Assembly (NCBI GenBank): GCA_963760365.1
Contig: CAVXDC010000030.1
Coordinates: 12,663 to 76,662, forward strand
Length of the DNA: 64,000 bases
Direction: 5' to 3'
Origin: an uncultured Phycisphaerae bacterium
GTDB taxonomy: Bacteria > Planctomycetota > Phycisphaerae > SM23-33
The notes beneath the pieces are model-generated. The model did no database searches. It worked only from the letters and a program-made list of their open reading frames with translations, and was not told the origin of the DNA. The translations under genes and the position numbers were made by a program. Below, piece after piece: positions 30,075-39,318 of the stretch. Position 1 is the stretch's first letter. Each line of letters begins with the position of its first letter.

Positions 30075-31406
30075 ATGTCAACCGTTACCGTCGATACGAT
30101 CTGCTCTGCGGGCGTGGTGGGGGCCGGCGGGGCGGGCTTTCCCACGCACGTCAAGCTCTCGAGCCAGGTCGACACGGTCCTGATTAACGCCGCCGAGTGC
30201 GAACCCCTGCTCCACAAGGACAAGGAGGTCCTCAAGGAGCACGCCGACGCGGTGCTGGCCGGCCTGGCGGCGGCCATGGAACTGACCGGGGCCAAGCGCG
30301 GCGTCATAGGCATCAAGGAAAAATACGGGGACGTCATCGAGCTGCTCCGCCCCAAGCTCGGCCGCGGCATGGACATCGCCCCGCTGGCCGACGTCTACCC
30401 GGCCGGGGATGAGTTCATCTTAGTCTATGACGTGCTGGGAAGAGTCGTGCCGCCGGGGGGCATCCCGCTGAACGTCTCTGCGGTGGTGATCAACGTCGAG
30501 ACGGCCTTGAACGTCGCCCTTTCTTCTTCTCGTCCGGTGACCGAGAAATATCTCTCCATCGCCGGGGCGGTGGCCGAGCCGGTCACGCTTCGCGTGCCGG
30601 TGGGCATCTCGCTGGCGGAGTGCGTCGTCGCCGCCGGCGGGCCGACGGTGAGCGACGCCAACTACCTCGTCGGCGGCGTGATGATGGGCTTTCTGGAGGA
30701 AAACCACCAAGCCATGGTGGACAAGACCACCGGGGGCGTGATCGTGCTGCCCAGCCGGAACATCGTCGTGCGGCGGCGGCGACAGGATTGGAGGCAGGTC
30801 CAGCGGATCGGGCGAAGCGCCTGCGACCAGTGCGTCTTCTGCACCGAGCTGTGCCCGCGCTACCTGCTGGGCCATCCCATCGAGCCGCACCGGGCGATGC
30901 GCAGCCTGCAATTCACGCTGATCGGCGAGCCGAACGTCCAGGGCACGGCCTTCTGCTGCGAGTGCAACCTGTGCAGCCTGTATGCGTGCCCGGAGGACCT
31001 GGACCCCAAGAACGTCTGCGCAGAAAACAAGCACCGCCGGGCGAAAGAAAAGAAGCGATGGGATCATCCCCCCTTCAACCCAGACCGCCCCGCCTTGCTC
31101 CTGGCCGGCCGCAAGGCGCCCATGCAGCGGCTGATGCAGAAGCTGGGTCTGGCGGGCTACCGCAACGTCGGGCCGATGAAGCCCGGCCTGCTCGCGACGC
31201 GCAAGGTGGGCATCAAGCTCAAGCAGCACGCAGGCGCGCCCTGCGAGCCGACGGTCCAGGTCGGCCAGGCGGTCAAGATTGGTCAGGAGGTCGGCCGGCT
31301 GCCGAACACCAACGGCAGACCCGCCCTGGGGGCGCCCGTGCACGCCTCCATCGACGGGGTCGTCTCGGCTATTACCGATGGCGCCGTGTGGATCGAAAAG
31401 AAATGA
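30075..31406 (+). CDS. PduS/RnfC-like NAD(P)H-binding Fe-S flavoprotein
   Basis: Intact 443 aa. The N-terminus is GVVGAGGAGFPTHVKL (RnfC/PduS nucleotide-binding motif). Two ferredoxin-type clusters are present: CDQCVFCTELCP and CCECNLCSLYACP. A barrel-like C-terminal domain follows. It lies directly upstream of a PduT-like shell gene. Confidence 0.75.
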   Translation: MSTVTVDTICSAGVVGAGGAGFPTHVKLSSQVDTVLINAAECEPLLHKDKEVLKEHADAVLAGLAAAMELTGAKRGVIGIKEKYGDVIELLRPKLGRGMDIAPLADVYPAGDEFILVYDVLGRVVPPGGIPLNVSAVVINVETALNVALSSSRPVTEKYLSIAGAVAEPVTLRVPVGISLAECVVAAGGPTVSDANYLVGGVMMGFLEENHQAMVDKTTGGVIVLPSRNIVVRRRRQDWRQVQRIGRSACDQCVFCTELCPRYLLGHPIEPHRAMRSLQFTLIGEPNVQGTAFCCECNLCSLYACPEDLDPKNVCAENKHRRAKEKKRWDHPPFNPDRPALLLAGRKAPMQRLMQKLGLAGYRNVGPMKPGLLATRKVGIKLKQHAGAPCEPTVQVGQAVKIGQEVGRLPNTNGRPALGAPVHASIDGVVSAITDGAVWIEKK

Positions 31407-31422
31407 ACCAGGACCCAGACCC

Positions 31423-32001
31423 ATGACTTCCAACGCACAGTCCCTTTCCCAAAGAGCGATCGGCGCGGTGGAGCTTTCCAGCATCGGCGTCGGCTACCAG
31501 GTGCAGGATGAGATGCTCAAGGCCGCCACCGTGCGGCTGCTGGTGGCCCGGACGATCTGCTCGGGAAAGTACTTCATCGTCGTCGGGGGTACAGTCAGCG
31601 ACGTGCAGTCGTCCGTCGAGGCCGCTCTGCGGTCGGCCGAGGAGGCGATCATCGATCAGGTGGTGATCCCCAACGTGCACGAGTCGGTCTTCGCCGCCTT
31701 GGGCCAATCGGTCGTCCTGGTTCCAGGACAGGCGGCGGCCCTGGGGGTGGTGGAGAGCTTCAGCGGCGTGAGCATCATCGCCGCCGCCGATGCCGCCGCC
31801 AAGGCAGCCAATGTGACGCTGTTCCGCATCCACGTGGCCATGGCGCTGGGGGGTAAGGGGTTCTGCCTGCTGACCGGCACGGTGGCCGATGTGCGGGCCG
31901 CCGTCCAGGCCGCCGCCGAAGAGGTCCGCCGCCGAGGGTTGCTTGTCAGCCAGATCGTCATCCCCCAGCCCAGTCCGGAACTGTTCAGCGAATATATCTG
32001 A
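31423..32001 (+). CDS. BMC-T shell protein, tandem BMC domains, PduT-like
   Basis: 192 aa with two BMC-fold halves: AIGAVELSSIGVGYQVQDEMLKAATVRLLVARTICSGKYFIVVGGTVSDV, and ALGVVESFSGVSIIAAADAAAKAANVTLFRIHVAMALGGKGFCLLTGTVADV. The Cys in TICSGK aligns with the PduT [4Fe-4S]-ligand Cys in TICPGK, recalled from memory. Confidence 0.75.
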   Translation: MTSNAQSLSQRAIGAVELSSIGVGYQVQDEMLKAATVRLLVARTICSGKYFIVVGGTVSDVQSSVEAALRSAEEAIIDQVVIPNVHESVFAALGQSVVLVPGQAAALGVVESFSGVSIIAAADAAAKAANVTLFRIHVAMALGGKGFCLLTGTVADVRAAVQAAAEEVRRRGLLVSQIVIPQPSPELFSEYI

Positions 32002-32094
32002 CCCAGGTCTAACTCAGGGGGCTTCGATAGACCGCTTCTTGACTGAGTTCGTTCACCAGGTGGTAAATATCTATCAAAATCTTTCATAATTTTG

Positions 32095-32123
32095 TTGTTG
32101 ACAATATCGAAATAAGTTATAAT
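32095..32123 (+). promoter_or_regulatory. candidate promoter of the DeoR-BMC operon in an AT-rich gap
   Basis: TTGTTG/TTGACA (32095-32103) and TATAAT (32118-32123). The spacing is 17 nt from TTGTTG but only 14 nt from TTGACA. TTCGATA (about 32024) and TATCGAA (about 32105) form a distant inverted pair that could be operator half-sites. Confidence 0.35.
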
Positions 32124-32161
32124 TCTGGCATAAATACACCTCAGTATGGCGGTGTTCGGCC

Positions 32162-32932
32162 ATGGCAATGGATTTACCCATAGACGATCGCCGTATAAAA
32201 GAAGCGGAATTAGTTTCTCAAAAAGGCTTTATGTCTTTGACTGAACTCGTTCAACATCTGGACGTTTCCGAGAGCACGATCCGGCGAGACTTGGAAGTTC
32301 TGGAAGAACAGGGGGTGGTCCGTCGCACGCACGGGGGCGCGGTGTATGTCAAAGACTCAAGCGCCCACCACCTGGCCTTTGCGGATCGGGAGACCTCGGC
32401 AGCGGTGGAGAAGCAGGCCATCGCCAAGGCGGTGGCGGAGCTGATCCCGGCGGGCAGGACGATCCTCATCAACGGGGGGACAACCTGCTACCAGGTCGCC
32501 CGCCAGATCGCCGGCAGGCGGCTGAACGTGGTGACCAACTCGCTGCCCATCGCCGCGCTGCTGTCGGGCGACGTGGCCACGGAGGTCACGCTGATCGGTG
32601 GCTACGTGTATCCGCGGACGGGCGTGGCCTTGGGCCGCATGGCCGAGCAGCAGTTGGAGGACCTGCGGGCCAGCCAGTTGATCCTGAGCTGTGCGGCGCT
32701 GAATCCCGAAGGGGCCTTCAATCCCAACCAGATGATGGTGGACGTGGAGCGGCGGATGATGCAGGTGGCGGATGAGGTCATCCTGGCCGTGGACCACACC
32801 AAGCTGGACAGCCGCTCCGTCGTCAAGCTGTGCGACCTGGACGAGGTGGACGTGATCGTGACCGACGCCGGCCTGGACGAAAGCGCCCGCCGCTGGCTGG
32901 AGGCGCTCAAGGCCAAGGTGATCATCGCATGA
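32162..32932 (+). CDS. DeoR/GlpR-family transcriptional regulator
   Basis: Intact 256 aa. The N-terminal wHTH is LTELVQHLDVSESTIRRDLEVLEEQGVVRRTHGGA. The C-terminal sugar-phosphate sensor domain is ILINGGTTCYQVA..VVTNSL. Confidence 0.85.
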   Translation: MAMDLPIDDRRIKEAELVSQKGFMSLTELVQHLDVSESTIRRDLEVLEEQGVVRRTHGGAVYVKDSSAHHLAFADRETSAAVEKQAIAKAVAELIPAGRTILINGGTTCYQVARQIAGRRLNVVTNSLPIAALLSGDVATEVTLIGGYVYPRTGVALGRMAEQQLEDLRASQLILSCAALNPEGAFNPNQMMVDVERRMMQVADEVILAVDHTKLDSRSVVKLCDLDEVDVIVTDAGLDESARRWLEALKAKVIIA

Positions 32933-33624
32933 CCACGGTGCTGAACATTCCGATGCCGCGGGAGCAGTTGGAGCGGATCGTCCGCCAGGTGGTGCGCCAG
33001 CAGTTCGCCGAGCGATTGGCGGCCGGGGAGATGCAGCTTTCGGCCGCCTACACGCCCAATCTGGTGGTGAACATCTCCGCCCGACACATGCACATCACGC
33101 GCGAGGACTTCCAGAAGCTCTTTGGCCCCGGGGCGGAGCTGACGGTATATCGCTGGTTGTACCAGCCGGGGGAGTTCGCCAGCGAGCAGCAGGTGACGGT
33201 CATCGGCCCGCGCCGCAGGGTCATCGAGAACGTCCGCATCCTGGGCCCGCTGCGCGATCACACGCAACTGGAGATCAGCGCCACCGACGCCGTCGCGCTG
33301 GGCGTGGAGGCCCCCTGCCGGCCCTCGGGCAAGATCGAAGGCTCCCCCGGGTGCCTGGTCCTTGGCCCCAAGGGCACCTTGGAGCTCAAGCAGGGCGTCA
33401 TCCGGGCCGAGCGGCACGTGCACATGAGCCCGGCCGACGCGGCCGCGTACGGCTTTGCCGACCGCCAGTACGTCAAGCTGCGCGTCGAGAGCGACTGCGC
33501 CATGACGTTCGAGCGTGTCCTGTGCCGCGTGAACGAGAAATTTCTGCTGGAGGTGCACCTGGACACCGACGAGGGCAACGCGTGCAACCTGGTGAACGCC
33601 ACCGGCGTGGAGCTGTTGGCCTAA
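32929..33624 (+). CDS. pduL: phosphate acyltransferase PduL (PTAC) with N-terminal encapsulation-peptide-like helix
   Basis: The ATG overlaps the DeoR stop (ATGA). NISARHMHITREDFQKLFG and AERHVHMSPADAAAYG are the duplicated PduL repeats. The N-terminal REQLERIVRQVVRQQF is an amphipathic helix. Confidence 0.85.
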   Translation: MTTVLNIPMPREQLERIVRQVVRQQFAERLAAGEMQLSAAYTPNLVVNISARHMHITREDFQKLFGPGAELTVYRWLYQPGEFASEQQVTVIGPRRRVIENVRILGPLRDHTQLEISATDAVALGVEAPCRPSGKIEGSPGCLVLGPKGTLELKQGVIRAERHVHMSPADAAAYGFADRQYVKLRVESDCAMTFERVLCRVNEKFLLEVHLDTDEGNACNLVNATGVELLA

Positions 33625-33683
33625 ACGAAGGCAAACAATGACAAGCTATTCCGTTCAAAAGGTTTCGTGAAGGAGAAACAGGC

Positions 33684-33986
33684 ATGGCAATGCAAGCATT
33701 GGGCATGGTCGAGACGCGCGGCCTAGTCGCGCTGATCGAGGCGGCGGATGCGATGTGCAAGGCCGCCAACGTGGAGCTGGTCGGCTGGGACCGCGTCGGG
33801 GCGGGGATGGTCACTGCCTTCGTCCGCGGGGAAGTGGCCGCGTGCAAGGCGTCGGTGGACGCCGGGGCCGCCGCGGCCTCCAAGTTGGGCGAGGTGATCG
33901 CCTCCCACGTGATCCCCCGGCCACATGAGGACCTGGACCACGCGGTCCCCCACAAGGGCGAGGGCAAGAAGGCCTCCCCCAAGTGA
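33684..33986 (+). CDS. BMC-H shell protein (PduA/CcmK-type hexamer) with short basic C-terminal tail
   Basis: [66 protein letters not shown], the canonical Pfam00936 pattern. Confidence 0.92.
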   Translation: MAMQALGMVETRGLVALIEAADAMCKAANVELVGWDRVGAGMVTAFVRGEVAACKASVDAGAAAASKLGEVIASHVIPRPHEDLDHAVPHKGEGKKASPK

Positions 33987-34045
33987 CGTCTCGGCCAGGG
34001 CACGAAAGACGAAGGAAGCATCCCCGCCTCGGCGGGACAGGAGAA

Positions 34046-34315
34046 ATGACCATGGAAGCATTGGGCATGATTGAGACCAAGGGCTACGTAGGCCTGGTGG
34101 AGGCCAGCGACGCCATGTGCAAGGCGGCCAACGTGGAGCTGGTCAAACGGATCGAGATCGGCGGCGGCTACGTGACCACGCTGGTCCGAGGCGACGTCGG
34201 TTCGGTCAAGGCCGCCGTCGAGGCGGGCGCCGCCGCGGCGGGTAAGGTTGGCGAGCTGGTTGCCTCCCACGTGATTCCCGCCCCCCATGAAGGCCTAACG
34301 GGCGTGTTCCTTTAA
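34046..34315 (+). CDS. BMC-H shell protein
   Basis: [66 protein letters not shown]. Confidence 0.92.
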   Translation: MTMEALGMIETKGYVGLVEASDAMCKAANVELVKRIEIGGGYVTTLVRGDVGSVKAAVEAGAAAAGKVGELVASHVIPAPHEGLTGVFL

Positions 34316-34368
34316 CCGCAGGGACTAGGGATCAGGAACCAGGCAGCGGCGAAGGTCGTGGCGCTGAG

Positions 34369-35556
34369 ATGAAGATTCTGGTAGCCAACATCGGCTCGAC
34401 AAGCTTCAAGTTCCGCCTGTTCGAGATCGCAGGCGGCCGGGAGTGCGAGCTGGCCTCGGGCTCGGCGGACCGCATCGGCGGCCGGGGCGGAGAGCTTTCG
34501 CTTACCCTCACCGGACAGGCCGCCCGCATCGCCCCGACTGACTTTGCCGACCACGGCGAGGCCATCCTGGCCGTGCTGGACCGTCTGAGCGAGGTTAACA
34601 TTCTCGACCGTAGCGGCCTGGATGCCGTGGCCTTCAAGACCGTCGTGGGCGGTGACCTGCCGGCCGTGACGAAGGTGGACGACCACGTGCTGGCGGAGAT
34701 GGAGAGCCTCTCGCCCGTCGGGCCGGCCCATAACCCGCCCTACGTGGCCGCGATGCGGTTGTTCCGCAAGGTGCTGGCCGGCGTGCCGCTGGTGGCCTGC
34801 TTTGAGAGCGGCTTCCATCGGACTAATCCGCCACGCCGTCGGCTTTACGCCGTACCGGCGGACTGGGCCGACCAGTACGGAGTGCGGCGCTACGGCTACC
34901 ACGGGGCCAGCCACCGCTACATCGCATGGCGGGTCGGCCAGCTCCAGCCGCAGGCGCGGCGGATCATCAGTTGCCACCTGGGGGGCAGCAGCAGCCTGTG
35001 TGCCATCCGCGACGGCCAATCGGTGGCGACGAGCATGGGCCTGTCGCCCCAGTCGGGCCTGCCGCAGGGCAACCGCGTGGGCGACTTCGACGTCTTTGGC
35101 GTGAAGCTGATGATGGTCCGAACCGGCCGGAAGTTTGACGGCCTGCTGGAGGAGCTGGGCGAACGCAGCGGCCTGGCGGGGTTGAGCAATACCTCCGGCG
35201 ACATGCGCGACATCCAAAAGGACGCGGCTGCGGGCCACGAGCGGGCCAAGCGGGCGCTGGAGGTTTTTGTTACGTCCGTGAGGGACTATCTGGGCGCGTA
35301 CCTGGTGGAACTGGGCGGCTGCGACGCCGTCGTCTTTACCGGCGGCATTGGTGAGAACCATCCGTCCCTCCGCGCGGCCATCTGTGAAGGCTTGGACTTT
35401 GCGGGCATCGCCCTGGATGCAACCAAGAACGCTGCGGCCAAGGGCGAATCCCGCATCGACGCCGACGGCTCCAAGGCGGCCATCTGGGTCATGCCCACCA
35501 ACGAGGAGCTTATCGTCGCCCGCCAAGCGGCGGAGATTCTTAACGACAGATCGTAG
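34369..35556 (+). CDS. ackA: acetate/propionate-family kinase
   Basis: Intact 395 aa: [51 protein letters not shown] and VFTGGIGEN. There is no encapsulation-peptide-like extension. Confidence 0.9.
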   Translation: MKILVANIGSTSFKFRLFEIAGGRECELASGSADRIGGRGGELSLTLTGQAARIAPTDFADHGEAILAVLDRLSEVNILDRSGLDAVAFKTVVGGDLPAVTKVDDHVLAEMESLSPVGPAHNPPYVAAMRLFRKVLAGVPLVACFESGFHRTNPPRRRLYAVPADWADQYGVRRYGYHGASHRYIAWRVGQLQPQARRIISCHLGGSSSLCAIRDGQSVATSMGLSPQSGLPQGNRVGDFDVFGVKLMMVRTGRKFDGLLEELGERSGLAGLSNTSGDMRDIQKDAAAGHERAKRALEVFVTSVRDYLGAYLVELGGCDAVVFTGGIGENHPSLRAAICEGLDFAGIALDATKNAAAKGESRIDADGSKAAIWVMPTNEELIVARQAAEILNDRS

Positions 35557-35623
35557 TTCGGAGTTGGAAGTTCGAAAGGCGACGACAAGGGAACCGGCGC
35601 GAAGAAAGGTTTGGAGAACGGCG

Positions 35624-35896
35624 ATGGAAGAAGCATTGGGAATGATTGAGACCAAGGGTCTGGTGGCCGTGATCGAGGCCACCGACGCGATGCTCAAGGC
35701 CGCCAAGGTCAGCTACGTGGGCATGACCAAGGTCGGCAGCGGGTACGTCTCGGTGCTGGTGGCCGGCGACGTGGCCGCGTGCAAGGCGTCGGTGGACGCC
35801 GGGGCCGCCGCGGCGGGGAGGATCGGCGAGGTGGTGTCGGTCCACGTGATTCCCCGGCCGCACGGTGACGTGTCCAAGATCCTGCCCAAGACTTAA
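35624..35896 (+). CDS. BMC-H shell protein
   Basis: [67 protein letters not shown]. It shares a 44-bp identical DNA block with the first BMC-H gene. Confidence 0.92.
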   Translation: MEEALGMIETKGLVAVIEATDAMLKAAKVSYVGMTKVGSGYVSVLVAGDVAACKASVDAGAAAAGRIGEVVSVHVIPRPHGDVSKILPKT

Positions 35897-35971
35897 CGGC
35901 GCCGCCGGACCGGTCGATGGGCGGTCGTGCGCGAAGGCCGGTCCGGGCGGACGCGCCTGGAAGGAGTTGCC

Positions 35972-36286
35972 ATGTTCATTGCCAGGGTGCGAGGCAACGT
36001 GGTCACCACGCAGAAGGTCATGAAGATGACCGGCCGGAAATTGCTGATCATCGAGCCGCTGCGGGTGGACGAGGCCGGTGGCCAGATCAAACCCACCGGC
36101 AAGTGCTTCGTGGCGGTGGACTCCATCGACGCCGGCACGGACGACCTGGTGCTGGTGACGCAAGGGTCCAGCGCGAGGATGACCGAGACCACCGCTGAGG
36201 CTCCGGTGGACGCGGTGGTGGTCGGCATCATCGACACGATGACCGTGCTGGGCAAGATGATCTACAGGAAAGGCCAGAACGATTGA
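35972..36286 (+). CDS. BMC-P vertex protein (EutN/CcmL family)
   Basis: MFIARVRGNVVTTQKVMKMTGRKLLIIEPL...LVLVTQGSSAR...PVDAVVVGIID, the typical pentamer pattern. The ORF is open from 35927. Confidence 0.85.
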   Translation: MFIARVRGNVVTTQKVMKMTGRKLLIIEPLRVDEAGGQIKPTGKCFVAVDSIDAGTDDLVLVTQGSSARMTETTAEAPVDAVVVGIIDTMTVLGKMIYRKGQND

Positions 36287-36352
36287 CGCAGGGTTAGGCC
36301 ACCGGCCGGCCCCGCCGCTTGAGGGGCGCTTGACCGCGGCGGCGCCCCGTCG

Positions 36353-37852
36353 GTGGCGATGCATCGGGAGCTTGCCATGACTCAGACAGCGATTGACGAA
36401 ACACTGGTCCGGCAGATGGTCGAGCAGGTGCTGGGGCACATCCAGACCGGTTGGGGCGGCCGGTCGGCCCCGGCGGCCGGGAAGGGCGCTGCGGCGCCGA
36501 TCACGACCTCGGCCGCGGCGGTGAGAAATAAGTTCGGCCAGTTCACGGACGTCAACGAGGCCGTCGAGGCCGCCAAGGCAGCCCAGAGGGCGCTGGCCCG
36601 CCGGTCGCTCGCCCAGCGGGAACAGGCCTGCCAGCTCATCCGCAAGATCATCTCCGAGCAGGCCCAGGAATTGGGCCGGATGGAGTATGAAGAGACGCGG
36701 ATCGGCCATCCGCCGCACAAGCCCATCAAGCTCCAGCTCGTGGCGCGCCTGGCTGCCGGCGTCGAAGGCCTGGCCACCGAGTGCTTCAGCGGCGACCACG
36801 GCATCACGCTGGACGAGCACGGGCCATGGGGCGTGATCGGCGTGGCCACGCCCGTCACGCACTCCCTGCCCACGCTGGCCAACAACGCCGTGAACATGAT
36901 TGCCGCGGGCAACAGCCTGGTGTGCAATCCGCATCCGGGCGGCAAGAAGATCGCCGCGTACGGCGCCAAGCTGTTCAACCAGGCCATCTACGAGCTTCTA
37001 GGCATCGACAATCTCATCTGCGTCATTACCGCCCCGACGCTGGAGACGGCCAACGCCATCTTCCAGCATCCCGACATCCGCCTGCTGACCGTCACGGGCG
37101 GCATGGGCGTGGTGGCGGCGGCGCTGCGGTCGGGCAAGCGGGCCATCTGCGCCGGTCCGGGCAACCCGCCGGTCGTGGTGGATGCCTCGGCCGAGCTGGC
37201 CAACGCCGCCCGGTGCATCCTGGAGGGCGCCAGCTTTGACAACAACCTGCTGTGTTTGTCCGAAAAGGAGGCCTTCGTCGAGGCGGCGGTCTTCGAGCCG
37301 ATGATGGAGGCGATGACCAAGGTCGGCGCCTGCCGCCTCAGCCCCCCGCAGATGGACGCCTTGGCCAAGGTCTGCATCGAGCCGGCCAAGGACCACGACC
37401 ACCCCCTGGCCAGCCGAAAGTTCGTCGGGGCCGAGCCGCAGACCCTTGCCCGTCAGATCGGGCTGAACGTCCCGGCCGACTGCCGGCTGCTTTTCGGCCA
37501 GACCGACCTGATGCACCCGTTCGTTCAGGCCGAGCAGATGATGCCGGTGCTGCCGTTCGTGAAGTGCGAGAGCTTCGAGCAGGCCGTGGAGTACGCCCTT
37601 CAGGCTGAGCACGGCTTCGGCCACACGGCCGTCATCCACAGCCGGCTGGTGGACCACATGACGTACATGGGCAAGGCGATGGACACCACCATCTACGTCA
37701 AGAACGGGCCTTCGCTGGCGGGCGACTCGGCCGGCGGGGAGGGCCACGGCAACTTCTCCGTCGCCTGCTCCACCGGCGAGGGCATTGTGACCCCGCTGAC
37801 CTTCACGCGGTTTAGGCGCTGCTGCATGGTGGACAATTTGCGGATCGTCTAA
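36353..37852 (+). CDS. CoA-acylating aldehyde dehydrogenase (PduP/EutE-like) with N-terminal encapsulation-peptide-like helix
   Basis: Intact about 490-499 aa: GPWGVIGVATPVTHSLPT, VCNPHPGG, AICAGPGNPPVVVD, FDNNLLCLSEKE (catalytic Cys) and HGFGHTAVIHS. The N-terminus is IDETLVRQMVEQVLGHI. The start is 36353 or 36377. Confidence 0.88.
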   Translation: MAMHRELAMTQTAIDETLVRQMVEQVLGHIQTGWGGRSAPAAGKGAAAPITTSAAAVRNKFGQFTDVNEAVEAAKAAQRALARRSLAQREQACQLIRKIISEQAQELGRMEYEETRIGHPPHKPIKLQLVARLAAGVEGLATECFSGDHGITLDEHGPWGVIGVATPVTHSLPTLANNAVNMIAAGNSLVCNPHPGGKKIAAYGAKLFNQAIYELLGIDNLICVITAPTLETANAIFQHPDIRLLTVTGGMGVVAAALRSGKRAICAGPGNPPVVVDASAELANAARCILEGASFDNNLLCLSEKEAFVEAAVFEPMMEAMTKVGACRLSPPQMDALAKVCIEPAKDHDHPLASRKFVGAEPQTLARQIGLNVPADCRLLFGQTDLMHPFVQAEQMMPVLPFVKCESFEQAVEYALQAEHGFGHTAVIHSRLVDHMTYMGKAMDTTIYVKNGPSLAGDSAGGEGHGNFSVACSTGEGIVTPLTFTRFRRCCMVDNLRIV

Positions 37853-37876
37853 GGTCCGCCAGGGCGCAAGTGAGTC

Positions 37877-38131
37877 ATGCTGCTGGCCATGGTCGAAGGA
37901 AGCGCGATAACGACGATCAAGCATCCCTCCCTGAAGGGCTGGAAGTTGTTGGTCGTCCAGCCGCTGGACATCGAAGGCCGGCCTGACGGGGACATAATCA
38001 TGGCGATCGACATGTTGGGCGCGGGCGTGGGCACCAAGGTGGTGATAAGCAATGACGGCCGAAGCGCCCAGGAAATGGTCGGTGACGAGCGCAGCCCGCT
38101 CCGCTGGACGGTGATAGGGATCGTGGACTGA
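37877..38131 (+). CDS. BMC-P vertex protein (EutN/CcmL family)
   Basis: MLLAMVEGSAITTIKHPSLKGWKLLVVQPLD...MAIDMLGAGVGTKVVISNDG...RWTVIGIVD. Confidence 0.88.
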   Translation: MLLAMVEGSAITTIKHPSLKGWKLLVVQPLDIEGRPDGDIIMAIDMLGAGVGTKVVISNDGRSAQEMVGDERSPLRWTVIGIVD

Positions 38132-38136
38132 GGAAG

Positions 38137-38982
38137 GTGTGCCGGACCTTGGATAAGGAACTAGTCAACCAGGTGACCGAACAGGTGATCCAGATGCTCC
38201 GCCGACAGGGCGTGACGATCCCTGCTGCCGCTGTGGTTCCACCGGAGGTCTTGCCCTCGTCGGTCGGCGTTGCGCCGTCGGCTACTGGGCCCGTCAAGAG
38301 GGCCACCGCTCCGCCTGCCGGGCGGGTCTTTGTGACGGCGGAGGTGCTTCGCCAACGGATCGCTGCCGCGGGGGGCGGCGGCGGTATCGAGTTAGGCTGC
38401 AATGAGTTTCTCACGCCCAACGCCGTCGATTTGGCCGAGCAGAGACGGCTGACCATCCGCCGGACGACCTGCCCGGGGTTACCGGCCCAGGCTGCCCCGA
38501 TGGGCGCGGGAACTAGCGTTGCAGCGGCGCCTGTCCGTCAGGCCGAGCCGAAAGGTGCGTGCGGGATGATCGGCCTGGTCGTCTATCGGGCCGACGAGAA
38601 GGTCCGCAACGTGCTGGCGGGTCTGCCCCACGACGGCGTGGCCGTGACAGACTTCACCCAAGGAGATTGCTGGATGGCGGACCTGCGGCGGTTGTGCCAG
38701 GCCGTCGTCACCGGCCAGGTGGCCTCCGGGGCGGCCATCCTGCCGTATGGAGCCAACGCGATGGTCCTGGCAGGCAAGATCAAGGGCATCCGTCCCGTGC
38801 AGGGCACTCGGCCCGAGAGCGTGGCGGCGGCGCTGCGGCACTTCGGCGCCAACCTGCTGGTGTTGGAACACGCCTTCAGCACTTACCACCCGATGCGTTC
38901 GATGCTCCGCATCCTGGCGGCCGGGGGGCCGGGGGCGAATGCGGCGCTGAAGGCGGCGCTAGAGGAACTAGAAAGGTCCTGA
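38137..38982 (+). CDS. BMC-associated protein: encapsulation-peptide-like N-terminus plus degenerate RpiB/LacAB-like C-terminal domain
   Basis: Intact 281 aa. The N-terminus is LDKELVNQVTEQVIQMLRRQG. The C-terminal half is IGLVVYRAD..AAILPYGANAMVLAGKIKGIRPVQGTRPESVAAALRHFGANLLVLEHAF. This parallels RpiB GILICGTGIGMSIAANKxxGIRAA..NDxNVLxxG, but the CGTG Cys and the N-terminal DH pair are not conserved (alignment from memory). The start is GTG 38137 or TTG 38149. Confidence 0.55.
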   Translation: MCRTLDKELVNQVTEQVIQMLRRQGVTIPAAAVVPPEVLPSSVGVAPSATGPVKRATAPPAGRVFVTAEVLRQRIAAAGGGGGIELGCNEFLTPNAVDLAEQRRLTIRRTTCPGLPAQAAPMGAGTSVAAAPVRQAEPKGACGMIGLVVYRADEKVRNVLAGLPHDGVAVTDFTQGDCWMADLRRLCQAVVTGQVASGAAILPYGANAMVLAGKIKGIRPVQGTRPESVAAALRHFGANLLVLEHAFSTYHPMRSMLRILAAGGPGANAALKAALEELERS

Positions 38983-38987
38983 GCGAT

Positions 38988-39296
38988 ATGCGTGTTTCGC
39001 GTGTCATAGGAAAGGTCACGCTCAACCGCAGGATGGCCGAGCTCCAGCCGGGCAGCTACCTGATCGTTCGGCCTTACGACCGCGGGGCGCTGGTGGGCAA
39101 GAACCCCGGCAGCATGGAGGAGTCCATCGTGGTCTACGACATCCTGGCCGCCCGGGAGGGCGACCTGGTGGGGATGGTCGAAGGCCGCGAGGCGTCCATG
39201 CCGTTCCGCCCCGCCAGGGTTCCCTTTGACGCCTATAACGCCTGCATTCTGGACGCCATCGACTTCCAGCCCGTGCTGGAATTGCCGCGGACCTAG
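38988..39296 (+). CDS. BMC-P vertex protein (EutN/CcmL family)
   Basis: MRVSRVIGKVTLNRRMAELQPGSYLIVRPYD...VVYDILAAREGDLVGMVEGREA...DAYNACILDAID. Confidence 0.8.
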   Translation: MRVSRVIGKVTLNRRMAELQPGSYLIVRPYDRGALVGKNPGSMEESIVVYDILAAREGDLVGMVEGREASMPFRPARVPFDAYNACILDAIDFQPVLELPRT

Positions 39297-39318
39297 CTTC
39301 GGCCCCGGGGCATGGGAG

